64,000 nucleotides of DNA from a virus (lineage: Duplodnaviria; Caudoviricetes), in the IMG/VR virus record IMGVR_UViG_2595698952_000001, positions 32,001-96,000 of that record; one strand, given 5' to 3'. The notes beneath the pieces are model-generated. The model had not been told where the DNA came from. It made no database searches and saw nothing but the letters and a program-made list of their open reading frames with translations. Made by a program: the position numbers and the translations under genes. How positions within the stretch are numbered: position 1 is the first letter of the stretch; the number at the start of each line of letters is the position of its first letter. This document shows positions 18,195 through 28,184 of the stretch, in pieces.

Positions 18195-19124
18195 ATGACC
18201 ATTCGTTTAAGCTGGGTTTCACAGGCCAGCAAAAACCTGACTGCTATCGAAATCTATCGTAAAGTTGGGTATGCAGCCACACTCGACGTGAATGCTCCTG
18301 GGACGCCGTATAAGACACTTTCTCCAACAGCCACAGAGTTTATCGAGAATGTGTCTGACGTGACGGAGAAGACCATCTACAGCTACTGGGTAGCAGGTGT
18401 GAAAGATACTGAACGTTTGTTCGGCGCACGGATCGTGCAAGGGTTCTTTTTGGATACTGGGCCAGGCCCACAAACCATTCTCCGTGGAGATTGGTACTGT
18501 GGTTACTTTGGACCGGTTTCTGCTGCGGACTTCTTTACGACCGCTGAAATAAAATCCCTGCTGCCTACAACGCAGGCAGCGATGTTCAGCAACGAACCAG
18601 GAACATGGCACAAGTTTATCTACCTGGGTAGGATTGTGTTCATACCGGCTTCGCAACATACCCAAGCCATTTTTTCTAACGCATACACCCGTGGAATGGC
18701 TTACGGTACCGATGACAACGGTACTATCGTCCCCACAGGCCAAACGGCAACGAAACAAGATGCCCGTATCGCGAAGAATGGCCGCACGTACCGTATTCGT
18801 TTACCTCGAGCTGATGCATACGACACTAAACTCGATGTTACCAACGGTGAGTGGTTCTCGACCATGGGTCGAATGTTTAACAACGCCAACGATTACTCGA
18901 AGGTGGTGGATGCGAATGGGGTAGGGCGTGGAAAATTTGGTGGGTTGGCATTGCTGGGCAATACCGCCAACCAAACCGATCCTGGTGCACAATGTTTAAT
19001 GCCGATGTATAGCGCCGGGACCGTGTTCTTTGCTTACGGTTACCGACCAGATTCGTGGACCACCACCTCATCGCTGAGTACGAACATCGGTATGAGTTTT
19101 GTGTTTGAATTAATCCTCCCGTAA
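18195..19124 (+). CDS. tail/virion protein, triad 1 subunit C
   Basis: I.L.W..Q...L..IEIYR; TGPG...LRGDW..GYFG; ends ELILP. Confidence 0.75.
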   Translation: MTIRLSWVSQASKNLTAIEIYRKVGYAATLDVNAPGTPYKTLSPTATEFIENVSDVTEKTIYSYWVAGVKDTERLFGARIVQGFFLDTGPGPQTILRGDWYCGYFGPVSAADFFTTAEIKSLLPTTQAAMFSNEPGTWHKFIYLGRIVFIPASQHTQAIFSNAYTRGMAYGTDDNGTIVPTGQTATKQDARIAKNGRTYRIRLPRADAYDTKLDVTNGEWFSTMGRMFNNANDYSKVVDANGVGRGKFGGLALLGNTANQTDPGAQCLMPMYSAGTVFFAYGYRPDSWTTTSSLSTNIGMSFVFELILP

Positions 19125-19136
19125 TGGAGAACCACC

Positions 19137-20537
19137 ATGGGGTTTTACAGTGATACGTCGTTGGCACTGTTGTGTCAACAGATTCTCCGTGATAACCCCG
19201 GATTACCTTACCCGCTGACGAAAGACAATGTGCTTATCTTAAGCGGGCCTTTAACTTCCGGTTTAGGGACGAGTGGGCGTAACAGCCGCATTACCTTAAA
19301 CGGGAAGTTAGGGTCGGGTTTTTCTGGGCGTAAGGAGTTCTTTTACGATCGCCTGAAAATGGAATCCATTTATACCAGCCTGCTATCGACGCTGGTACTG
19401 ACGATGCCAAATGGCGTAGCGACCAATGCAGACTTGCTCCCCACTATCAACGATGCGTTGGGATTAGGGTTAGCGTCAACAGACTTAGCTGCCCCCAGTA
19501 CCACGTTAGGGTTAGGCCGTACACCAACCACTGCAACGCTGGCATTGGCCACTAACTGTCCGTGTTTTACTGGCACCCTCACCGTGCAGTGGCAACGCGG
19601 CAGTACCGCGATTTATCCCGATTCGGGCCCTGGCAGTAAAGTGATGTTGATGGGTGACTTGAACGAAGGTTACTTCGGGATGGTGACACAACAGGAACTG
19701 GCAAAAGGGGTGGATGTCTATGCTGCATTTGCTGAGGGGAAATCCTTAGGCACAGCAGGTGGGGTCGATACCGCAGATATGTTCTGGCTGAAGTTTGCGT
19801 TAGACGGCAAGATTTGTTATTTCCCGTCACGCAACATCGGTGCAAACATCACCTGGAATACCCTGGCTAATAACGGGGCAGCCCGCGGAGATGCCAAATA
19901 CCCGATAACCTTCGAAGCAGGTGATGGCAGTACCGTCTTTGCACAACTTCGCCTACCCAACATCAGCACCACCGAAGTTGTTAATCCGAGTCGTGGCGAT
20001 CCTACGTCCGACCCAGTGCGGTTGTTCAACAAAGTCCACAAACAGACATACGGCACCGGTGTCTGGGACGAACTCACCACCATTAACATGGCTGAGGTGT
20101 TCTGGTGGTTAAACCGATATGCGGCATCCAGTGGTAACTCGGCTGTTATCAGTCAGTTTAACATCGCCTCTGTTAACGCCAATGCCATTGTCAATACACA
20201 CAACTGGCGACCCATGCTGGTGTTGGTGGATGGGGAATTGGTACTGGTTCCTCTTCGGAATGTGCAGGGTGAACGCTATTCGGTGTTATCCGCGCCGGGA
20301 CTAACCTACGATCGTACTCCTGACCCGAAACAACTTACGCGTGTGCGGGATGTGAATGGTACGCTGGATAACCCGGTTAGGAAGCCTTGGTTGAACCCAG
20401 TGGGCAGTGCGCCATTAACGGCAGTGCATAACCTCGCCATTGTTCGCGGGTTAAAGCCTATCCATCCGCAAGTAAGTGTGACCATCAACACCAAGATTAA
20501 TCTGGCCACGGCCAACGGTGAATTAACCGGTTTCTAA
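19137..20537 (+). CDS. tail/virion protein, triad 2 subunit A
   Basis: RDNP..., YPDSGPGSKV, C-terminal ANGELTGF. Confidence 0.75.
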   Translation: MGFYSDTSLALLCQQILRDNPGLPYPLTKDNVLILSGPLTSGLGTSGRNSRITLNGKLGSGFSGRKEFFYDRLKMESIYTSLLSTLVLTMPNGVATNADLLPTINDALGLGLASTDLAAPSTTLGLGRTPTTATLALATNCPCFTGTLTVQWQRGSTAIYPDSGPGSKVMLMGDLNEGYFGMVTQQELAKGVDVYAAFAEGKSLGTAGGVDTADMFWLKFALDGKICYFPSRNIGANITWNTLANNGAARGDAKYPITFEAGDGSTVFAQLRLPNISTTEVVNPSRGDPTSDPVRLFNKVHKQTYGTGVWDELTTINMAEVFWWLNRYAASSGNSAVISQFNIASVNANAIVNTHNWRPMLVLVDGELVLVPLRNVQGERYSVLSAPGLTYDRTPDPKQLTRVRDVNGTLDNPVRKPWLNPVGSAPLTAVHNLAIVRGLKPIHPQVSVTINTKINLATANGELTGF

Positions 20538-20549
20538 AAGGGCAAGTAT

Positions 20550-21587
20550 ATGTCTTTAAAACTCTCGTGGAACAACCCCAACGTTGTTCCTACCCGTGTC
20601 CGGATTTATCGGAAAGACACGGATTTCGATTCCAGCACGTTGCCCGCACCGTTAGTGGAACTGACGAACGGTGAAACCACCTGGATTGACCCGACCGCCG
20701 TTGATGGTAACAGTTACTATTACGTTCTCGGGTCAAAGACCGACACGGATGAGGTCTTCACTGCCAGCCAAAAGATTCTGGTGGCAGATAACCGGGGCGT
20801 CGGGTCGAGCACCATTCTGCACGGTGATGCATCGCTGGGTTACATGGACTCGATTCTGTCTGTGGATTTTGTTAACTCGTCAACCATTCTGGCAGCTGCC
20901 CTTAATGCGTCCGGTTTACCGGTTGCGCTGGTACAGCCGACATGGCACAAGTTCATTCGCAACAACAAAATCATCTATGTTCCTGACCAGCAATTCGGGA
21001 CGGCCTCTTTCCCGAATCTGTACCGTGCCGGGTTTGTCTACGGTACGGACTCTGTGGGGCCAGAAGGTTACCCAACAGCTGGTCTGGCAGCACCCGTAAA
21101 CCAGTTACGGATTATCGAGTTCAAAGGCCAGAAGTACAAAATCCGCCTGATGCGGGGCTGGAGTGACGGGGTGATTACTGACGTTAACAACTGGGCCAGC
21201 ACCGGTCAAAGCAACATGGATTTGGTGCCGGAGGCGCAGAACAACGAGTACAGTGACCTTATCTACTCACTGGCAAAATTCGTACCGTTAAAACAACGTA
21301 CGCCGAACTGGCTTAATCTGTCGGTTGACCCGTGGCTGGGCGCACCTTTGTCATCTTACGACAGTGCCACCATCAACAGCTGGCGTGCCACGTTCCGTGT
21401 TCTGTGTCAAGAACGGCGGGCAAACGGGAACATTTTTACGCGCAGTATGCGTGAGTGTACGCTGAACCAAAACCAGGGTAGCCCGAACTCGAAAGCGAAC
21501 TTGACGTACGTGTTTTTGGGCGATGTTAACCAGGCCACTATTTGGATTCCGGTACTGGAACTCGTTGAACAAACCGCCACACTGTAA
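20550..21587 (+). CDS. tail/virion protein, triad 2 subunit B
   Basis: LSWNNPN...IYR; RGVG....HGD; WHKF. Confidence 0.75.
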   Translation: MSLKLSWNNPNVVPTRVRIYRKDTDFDSSTLPAPLVELTNGETTWIDPTAVDGNSYYYVLGSKTDTDEVFTASQKILVADNRGVGSSTILHGDASLGYMDSILSVDFVNSSTILAAALNASGLPVALVQPTWHKFIRNNKIIYVPDQQFGTASFPNLYRAGFVYGTDSVGPEGYPTAGLAAPVNQLRIIEFKGQKYKIRLMRGWSDGVITDVNNWASTGQSNMDLVPEAQNNEYSDLIYSLAKFVPLKQRTPNWLNLSVDPWLGAPLSSYDSATINSWRATFRVLCQERRANGNIFTRSMRECTLNQNQGSPNSKANLTYVFLGDVNQATIWIPVLELVEQTATL

Positions 21588-21598
21588 GGGAGGCTGGC

Positions 21599-22483
21599 AT
21601 GGGTATTAAACTCAAGTGGGACGATCAGTCGGCCCAGAATCTGGACGGGATTGAAATCTACCGTTCAGCCACAAAGATTGACAGCAACAATCCCGGTGCC
21701 CCACTGGCCACGATTGCCGGTAGCGCAACAGCGTACGAAGACAACAGTGTTCTGAACAAGTCACTGTATTACTATCGTATCCTGGCGAAGAAAGGCACGG
21801 ACAAAGCCTGGTCAGAAAATATCCTGGCCGGGTATTTCGCAGAAACGGGGCCGGGTAACCCAACGCCATTACGTGGCGATTGGAATGCTGGGCTGATGGA
21901 CACTGTGCTGCCGCAGGATCTTATCACCAATGCGGCACTACGGGCGAAGGTGCCATCGTTGGCAGCACTCAGTGGCGCTGCGGAACCTGGTGCTTGGTAT
22001 AAGTTCTGTTATAAAGGGACCGTGTTCTTCTGCCCCAGCGCATCCATCGTTACCGCGAGTTGGTCACAGTTATATTCGGCTGGTTTGGTCTACGGGACAG
22101 ACGATGTGGGTGTGTCACCTTCCGGGCCAACAGGGACTGTCAAACAACGGACAGTGGTGAACATCAACGGGCTGAACTATATTCTGCGGTTACCACGCAT
22201 GTCGACCTTGCCGTTAAACCAGTACGTGGTTAATCAGGCTGACACGCTAGGCAGTGAGTGGCGCGACACCGTTGCGCGTTTAGTTGCAGACGGGGTAGAC
22301 ACTTCACCGGGAAGCCGGACTCGCCTGTTTGATTTGGGTTCCTTCGCAAATGCGTTGGGGCCACACCTCAATACCAACGTTAACGTGGCAGGGGTGACCT
22401 CTACAAAACCTGAGACATTGGTTGCTTACAACAGCGGTGCTTCGGTTGCGCAAACTTTGGTGTTAGAACTCATCATGCCTTAA
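21599..22483 (+). CDS. tail/virion protein, triad 2 subunit C
   Basis: GIKLKWDDQ...IEIYRS; TGPG...LRGDW; ends ELIMP. Confidence 0.75.
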   Translation: MGIKLKWDDQSAQNLDGIEIYRSATKIDSNNPGAPLATIAGSATAYEDNSVLNKSLYYYRILAKKGTDKAWSENILAGYFAETGPGNPTPLRGDWNAGLMDTVLPQDLITNAALRAKVPSLAALSGAAEPGAWYKFCYKGTVFFCPSASIVTASWSQLYSAGLVYGTDDVGVSPSGPTGTVKQRTVVNINGLNYILRLPRMSTLPLNQYVVNQADTLGSEWRDTVARLVADGVDTSPGSRTRLFDLGSFANALGPHLNTNVNVAGVTSTKPETLVAYNSGASVAQTLVLELIMP

Positions 22484-22493
22484 TGGAGGGGTT

Positions 22494-24017
22494 ATGGGGC
22501 TTTATAACAAGACGTCCCTCGAACTGTTGTGCCAACAAATCGAACGGGACAATCCCGCAACCGCGGGTCAACTTGACGCGGCGTCGATACTGGTGCTCAG
22601 CGGGCCCTTAACCACTGGTCTTGGAACAAGCGGGCGCAATGCCCGCATTATCCTGAACGGTCGTTTAGGAAATGGTTTTATCGGAAAGAAGGAATTCTTT
22701 TACGACCGTTTAAACATTGGACAAATGTTCAAAGGCATCACAGTGGTGTTTCAGGCAGAGGGGTCGTCTAAGACGTACGCCGATTTACTGCCCGCGCTGA
22801 ATGCGCAATATGGATTGGGGTTAGCGGCGGCAGACATTGCCAACGCCACCACCAAACTCCCTTATGGCTACGCGCCAACACAGCTCACGTTAACCATCGC
22901 TGCAACGTCCCTGGCGTATACGGGTACGTTGTCAGTGACCTGGTCACGGAAACCGGTGGGTGTCTTCCCGGAATCTGGCCCAGGTTCGAAGGTCATGCTT
23001 ATCGGGGACATGAATGAGGGCTATTTCGGGGTTGTGACCGAAGCCGAGTTGTTCAGCCCAGTGGAAGTCCTCAGTCAACTGAACGAAGGGCGTACTGAGC
23101 CTTACGGGACGTTACAGGCCATGCCAACCAGTCGGTTTTGGTATAAGTTCGCACGCGATGGGAAAATCTTCTATCTCGCGAACTACAACCAAATCAGTAT
23201 TCGCTGGCAGGAGTTGTACCGCTTGGGGGGTATCTACGAAACGGATACGCCAGACAATAAACAGTTCCCGCCCGATGGGGTGCTGTCTCGTCAAAAGAGC
23301 GTGTTGAAGAAGAAGGAAAATGGGCGCGATTGGTATCTCTCTCCAACCGCACCGAAACTCGCGGGGAGTGACCCGTGGGAGTACGCCGGAGTAAACCAAA
23401 CCCCTGACCCAGGTGGGGACGTTGCGAGACTGTTTGCAAAGGTTGTACCATCGGGTGGTTTCGCCACCGGGGAATGGGATGGTCAAATCATCAATGCTGA
23501 CGGGTTCTGGATGTCCACGACATCACAAACCTCGCCTGCAAATGCATACGGCAGTAGCATGATCGGTGCCAACCAGGGTCAGTACAATAAAACCAACTTT
23601 GTTGGGGGCTGGCGACCGTTCCTGGAACTGGTTGATGTAACCAAAATCGCATTAGGCTTGAACCCGTTCAGTGGGGTACCGGAAGGGGTGTTAAGAAAAC
23701 CTCTGGTCTCCATCAGTCCAGAAGTGACGGATGTGTTGTTAACCCTGAGTGATGTGAAGTGGGAACAAAACGGGGCATTGCGCATTCCGTTAGTGTCGCA
23801 GACATTGCAACCGTTACAAATGACCACGTATTTTGGCTGGACGCGGTTACTTCGTCCGGCTCTCGTGACGGTAAAGCATGAGCCGATACGTAACGTCAAC
23901 CAGGTAGGGTGGACTCGCCCTCTCCGGCGACCTGTCGCGGCACTGACCGTGGACTACAAGGAATCAACAGCCTTTAACTTAGCCAACGCCAACGGTGAGC
24001 TAAACGGCTTTAAATAA
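22494..24017 (+). CDS. tail/virion protein, triad 3 subunit A
   Basis: RDNP..., FPESGPGSKV, C-terminal ANGELNGFK. Confidence 0.75.
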   Translation: MGLYNKTSLELLCQQIERDNPATAGQLDAASILVLSGPLTTGLGTSGRNARIILNGRLGNGFIGKKEFFYDRLNIGQMFKGITVVFQAEGSSKTYADLLPALNAQYGLGLAAADIANATTKLPYGYAPTQLTLTIAATSLAYTGTLSVTWSRKPVGVFPESGPGSKVMLIGDMNEGYFGVVTEAELFSPVEVLSQLNEGRTEPYGTLQAMPTSRFWYKFARDGKIFYLANYNQISIRWQELYRLGGIYETDTPDNKQFPPDGVLSRQKSVLKKKENGRDWYLSPTAPKLAGSDPWEYAGVNQTPDPGGDVARLFAKVVPSGGFATGEWDGQIINADGFWMSTTSQTSPANAYGSSMIGANQGQYNKTNFVGGWRPFLELVDVTKIALGLNPFSGVPEGVLRKPLVSISPEVTDVLLTLSDVKWEQNGALRIPLVSQTLQPLQMTTYFGWTRLLRPALVTVKHEPIRNVNQVGWTRPLRRPVAALTVDYKESTAFNLANANGELNGFK

Positions 24018-24028
24018 CAGGTGGAAAC

Positions 24029-25012
24029 ATGGCACTTAAACTTCTCTGGAAGAATCCCAATACCGTTGCAACCACGATTGACATTTACCGCGGTGACACG
24101 TCGAACGTTAGCTTAACCACGCCACTGAAAACCGTGGATGGTGCGGAGACGTCGTGGATTGACACCACGGCATTGTTTGGGAAAACGTACTATTACGTCT
24201 GGGCAGTAAACTCGGCAGTTGACCGGGTCGTGTCTCGTCCGCAGAAAATCGAAGTCTCTGACCGTCGTGGGCCAGGGTCGAACTTGTTGCGTCACGGTGA
24301 TGAGAACTACGGTTACTACGGTGCGGTGTCAGCGGCGGACTTCGTTAACAGCACCACGCTGTATAACGCAGCGAAAAACACCTCCGGTTTACCGACTACC
24401 GTTATCTACCCGACGTGGCACAAATTTGCCCGTAAAGGGAAAGTCGTCTTTGTGCCCAACCAGTGGTTCGGGGATGTTACCTGGCAGAGTCTGTATGACG
24501 CGGGTCTGGTCTACGGGACAGATGATGTTGGCGGAGCCAATCCGGCAGGCACCGTTAACCAGTTGACCACTTTTGATTTCAACGGTGAAACGTTCCTGAT
24601 TCGTTTGATGAAAGGAATGCCAGAGGGTCTCGTGTGGGACGGGTCAAACTTTAACCCGAATACCTTCGCCCCGATGAAAGACGTCTACGCCGAATACGAG
24701 GACTTCCTCTACCCGTTGTGTAAAGACGCGCCGTTACGCCAAAGAATGGTCTCGGTTGATACACTCGACGGCAGGGCCTGGATACCAGGGGCAGCCTACA
24801 ACAACCGTGTCAACTATGGGGTGATTTGTCAGGAAGCCCTGGCCAACGTGTTGGTACGTGGTACGCCGAACTACAACAACGACCCGTCAACACGCAGTTC
24901 CATGGAATCCACGATTGCCCGCAGTCGTACCGCCGGGACACCGTGGGTACCGGTTGTCGAATACGTGGGTCGTGTAGGTGAGACCTTTACCCTGCCGAAG
25001 ACGGCCAAGTAA
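24029..25012 (+). CDS. tail/virion protein, triad 3 subunit B
   Basis: LLWKNPN...IYR; RGPG....HGD; WHKF. Confidence 0.75.
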   Translation: MALKLLWKNPNTVATTIDIYRGDTSNVSLTTPLKTVDGAETSWIDTTALFGKTYYYVWAVNSAVDRVVSRPQKIEVSDRRGPGSNLLRHGDENYGYYGAVSAADFVNSTTLYNAAKNTSGLPTTVIYPTWHKFARKGKVVFVPNQWFGDVTWQSLYDAGLVYGTDDVGGANPAGTVNQLTTFDFNGETFLIRLMKGMPEGLVWDGSNFNPNTFAPMKDVYAEYEDFLYPLCKDAPLRQRMVSVDTLDGRAWIPGAAYNNRVNYGVICQEALANVLVRGTPNYNNDPSTRSSMESTIARSRTAGTPWVPVVEYVGRVGETFTLPKTAK

Positions 25013-25022
25013 GGAGTAGAAC

Positions 25023-25919
25023 GTGGGTATTAAAATTAACTGGGACGACCAGACTGACCAGGCACTGGATGCAGTAGAAGTGTATCGGAGCACCTCACCT
25101 ATTGATGAGAATGCACCTGGAACCCCTATTGCGACTTTACCGGGCACGGCACGAGAGTACGAAGACACCGGCGTGAAGAACGGTAACACGTACTACTACC
25201 GTGTGGCAGTGGTGAAAGGCGCTAATCGCTCTTTCGGTACTCAACAGACCGCAGGGTACTACTCTAACCTCGGGCCCGGTCCGAAGAAGATTCTGCGGGG
25301 CGATTGGATAGCTGGGTATTTCGGTGAGATGCTGAATGCAGACTGGGTGTTGCCGTTGGATGTGGCGAACAAAATTACCGCAGCCCTGAAATCCACCGTT
25401 GGGATTAACTACATCACCTCGTCTGACCGTTGGCACAAGTTTATCTATAAAGGTAAAGTGTTGTTCGTGCCATCTACCCGACTGATGTACTCGACGTATG
25501 CAAACGCGTACAACGCCGGGTTCTTGTTCGGTGAAGACGGCGTTGGCCAACTGCCGACGGGGCCTGCGGGGAACGTTAATCAGAAAACGGTTATCGAGAT
25601 TGGTGGGTATCAGTTCCTGGTACGCCCTATCCGCATGTCGGACAAACCAACTTCGCAGTACCTGACCGCACAAGCGGACTTTGTGGAAAGCGAATGGAAG
25701 AAGACGTTTGCCCGTTTGCGTATCGATGCGAACGCACAAACCGACCCAACCATCTTTGCCCGGTTCAGCGACTACACCACCATCGACTGGTGCGGCGGCC
25801 CACACCAGGCAAGCGCAACGACGTGTGCAACTGCGGTTAACGGCAACCCGGAGAATCTCGGTACCACGGCGAACACCAGTAACATCAACTGGTGTATTGC
25901 ATTGGAATTGATTCCGTAA
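25023..25919 (+). CDS. tail/virion protein, triad 3 subunit C
   Basis: GIKINWDDQ...VEVYRS; GPG...LRGDW..GYFG; ends ELIP. Confidence 0.75.
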   Translation: MGIKINWDDQTDQALDAVEVYRSTSPIDENAPGTPIATLPGTAREYEDTGVKNGNTYYYRVAVVKGANRSFGTQQTAGYYSNLGPGPKKILRGDWIAGYFGEMLNADWVLPLDVANKITAALKSTVGINYITSSDRWHKFIYKGKVLFVPSTRLMYSTYANAYNAGFLFGEDGVGQLPTGPAGNVNQKTVIEIGGYQFLVRPIRMSDKPTSQYLTAQADFVESEWKKTFARLRIDANAQTDPTIFARFSDYTTIDWCGGPHQASATTCATAVNGNPENLGTTANTSNINWCIALELIP

Positions 25920-25923
25920 GCCT

Positions 25924-25961
25924 TACCCTCTCGCCTTCGGGTGGGAGGGTATTTCTTTTTT
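25924..25961 (+). terminator. intrinsic terminator
   Basis: TACCCTCTCGCC-ttcg-GGTGGGAGGGTA plus T tract. Confidence 0.8.
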
Positions 25962-26008
25962 ACGCGTATGGTATGAACCATTGTTGTTAATGCTATAAGG
26001 AGGCCATT

Positions 26009-26608
26009 GTGGCTGCTGTTGCTCGTTTTAGTAAAGAAGGTATCATCCGTGCGAAGACTGCGATTGAAGCAGGCTACGTGAACAATCCCAACGACCTGGG
26101 CGGGGAAACCAACCACGGGATTACCATTGCAACTGCGCGTGAATTTGGCTATACCGGAAACATGCGTGACCTGACTGTTGAACAAGCGTTGGTCATCTAC
26201 GACAAAGGTTGGTGGCAGCGTATGCGCCTTGACCAGATTCTGGCCATGAACGTAATGCTGGCTGACCGCCTGTTCGACTTCGGTATTAACGCCGGTCGTG
26301 CAAACGCCATCAAATCCTTGCAGCGTGTGCTGAACGTGTTAAACCGTCAAGGTAAACTGTACAGCGACATTGATGCGGATGGTGGTATCGGGACGTTGAC
26401 TCTGACGGCACTGGCAGGCTTTATCAAAGCCCGTGGTGCAGAGGGTCTGAACCGTCTGATGTTTGCCCTGACCTGTCACCAGGTGGCGTACTACACGGAA
26501 ATCAGTGAGAAGCGTGTACAGAACGAAGAGTTCACGTACGGCTGGTACGACCGTGTGTACAAAGAGATGCCGGACTACGTTGTCCAGCTGGGAATGTGCT
26601 CAAAATGA
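26009..26608 (+). CDS. glycoside hydrolase family 108 endolysin with C-terminal peptidoglycan-binding domain
   Basis: EAGYVNNPNDLGGETNHGIT catalytic motif, FDFGINAG, LQR.LN, DG.IG..TL, F.YGW..RV; AAGGAGG RBS. Confidence 0.9.
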   Translation: MAAVARFSKEGIIRAKTAIEAGYVNNPNDLGGETNHGITIATAREFGYTGNMRDLTVEQALVIYDKGWWQRMRLDQILAMNVMLADRLFDFGINAGRANAIKSLQRVLNVLNRQGKLYSDIDADGGIGTLTLTALAGFIKARGAEGLNRLMFALTCHQVAYYTEISEKRVQNEEFTYGWYDRVYKEMPDYVVQLGMCSK

Positions 26609-26712
26609 AATCCAACTGGTTCATCACGTTAATGCGTGCGGTCGGACGTGCTCTGTTAGCGGCAATGCGGAGAAAACGTCATGACAAACCCGAAAGCGGA
26701 TTCAAAGCCTGA
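26605..26712 (+). CDS. unannotated 35-aa cationic amphipathic peptide (MKSNWFITLMRAVGRALLAAMRRKRHDKPESGFKA)
   Basis: ATGA overlap with the endolysin stop suggests translational coupling; translated by hand. Confidence 0.55.
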   Translation: MKSNWFITLMRAVGRALLAAMRRKRHDKPESGFKA

Positions 26713-26767
26713 CGCAGGCTTCTTCAAACTGTTACGGGCCATCTTTCTGCGAAGAGTGGTCGAGTAG
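26681..26767 (+). CDS. unannotated 28-aa amphipathic peptide (MTNPKADSKPDAGFFKLLRAIFLRRVVE)
   Basis: GGAG RBS upstream; fills the gap to the DUF1353 gene. Confidence 0.5.
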   Translation: MTNPKADSKPDAGFFKLLRAIFLRRVVE

Positions 26768-26775
26768 GCACACCC

Positions 26776-27417
26776 ATGGAAAAGCTCAACTATAAGCTGT
26801 TAGAGAAGCCGTGGTTCGTTCTCACGGAAGATTTCCACTTCGTCTTTACCTTACGGTCGCTTTACCGTGAAGTCGGTGGAATGGATGAGATGGTGAAATT
26901 GTCAGGCGTGTTGCCCGACAAAGAACTGTTTGTGACTGCACCCAAAGGTTTCGTAACCGACATGGCCAGTATCCCTGAACCGCTCCAACCTATCCTGCAT
27001 CCGGATGGGCCGTGGGCGGCAGCAGCCTGTGTCCATGACCTGTTCTACCAGAAGTGTTCCAGCGTGGGGGTTTATCCAACCGGTGATGCGGGCGATCTCT
27101 CTCGTGCGGTGGATAAACGGTTCGCGGACATTATGTTCCTGCGGATTATGGAAGCGCTCGGGGTTGACCCGTTTATTCGCAAGTCGTTTTACGAAGCGGT
27201 TCACCAGTTTGGTTGGCCGTCATACGTGGACAACAACGCGAAAGTTCAATACAGCCACCCGGTGGAGAAAACCCTGACGTATAATCGCAACTACCTGTTC
27301 ATTCGTGAGCAGTGTGAAGTGGCGATTCCGGAACACGAGCGGGTAGACCTCACCACAGGACATTCCGTCAATGTGAAGTATTTGAACATTAAACGGGCTT
27401 TCCTGAGCCTCGATTAA
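26776..27417 (+). CDS. DUF1353 family protein
   Basis: PKGFVTDMASIP...AAACVHDLFY...AD.MF...M..LGV motifs. Confidence 0.8.
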   Translation: MEKLNYKLLEKPWFVLTEDFHFVFTLRSLYREVGGMDEMVKLSGVLPDKELFVTAPKGFVTDMASIPEPLQPILHPDGPWAAAACVHDLFYQKCSSVGVYPTGDAGDLSRAVDKRFADIMFLRIMEALGVDPFIRKSFYEAVHQFGWPSYVDNNAKVQYSHPVEKTLTYNRNYLFIREQCEVAIPEHERVDLTTGHSVNVKYLNIKRAFLSLD

Positions 27418-27489
27418 TTCGTAAGGTCATTTATCGTCTTACGGATTAAAAGCGCTTAGAACGCTTCCTAGGCGCTTGTAGGGGGCAAA

Positions 27490-27537
27490 TAAAGAAAGAA
27501 TTACCCACTCCTTTGCGGGAGTGGGTAATCTCTTTTA
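27490..27537. terminator. bidirectional terminator
   Basis: ATTACCCACTCC...GGAGTGGGTAAT flanked by A-rich and T-rich tracts, between convergent genes. Confidence 0.75.
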
Positions 27538-28050
27538 TTTCGCGTCGACTTTGTCTGTCGTTTCGCTTGGAGACGGGGTAATTAACACGGGTACCGATGG
27601 CTGGTCGAGGGGCCCGATGATACAACGGAAGAAGGTCATGCCGGAACCGCTGCCCGTCAGTGGGCTGACAGTTGAATAATCAAACGACGGTGAGCCTGTC
27701 AGTAATCCGTTGGTACGGTAAAAGCGTTTCCCCGACTTGGTATCGATGTTCCCGTCAATCTTACCGGTGGCATCTTTATACAACTGCGGTGCTTCTAACT
27801 TACCACCGTCCCAGGTCGCTACCCAATTCGCCCCTACATCCATAACCGTAACGGCACGAGGGAAAACAGCGATGCTGGAAGCAACGGGTCGGTAATCAAC
27901 AAATTCCGTCTCCACACCCGTACAGGTGTAGATGACCATATCGTGATTAGTGACAGGGACAGTGGAGAACTGTCCTTTATCATCTGCGTTCATGGCACAA
28001 CCTGAAAGCAACATGATAAACGCGAGCACGCACAACAAGTGCTTGGTCAT
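27535..28050 (-). CDS. putative lipoprotein
   Basis: MTKHLLCVLAFIMLLSG-C: hydrophobic signal with LSGC lipobox. Confidence 0.7.
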   Translation of the reverse strand: MTKHLLCVLAFIMLLSGCAMNADDKGQFSTVPVTNHDMVIYTCTGVETEFVDYRPVASSIAVFPRAVTVMDVGANWVATWDGGKLEAPQLYKDATGKIDGNIDTKSGKRFYRTNGLLTGSPSFDYSTVSPLTGSGSGMTFFRCIIGPLDQPSVPVLITPSPSETTDKVDAK

Positions 28051-28184
28051 GATGAGGTTCCTGTTCGGTGAAGGTTAGTTTTATTCCAGACGAGATTAAC
28101 AATCGTCATATAAACCTAATAATAGCGTGAATTTTTATTGCTTTTTATATGCACCCCAACAGCCTGTTGTAAGAGGAACTACCC

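Noticed and set aside
27535-28050. Lipoprotein as a spanin
   Set aside because: Opposite strand from the endolysin, no partner i-spanin and no C-terminal TM segment.
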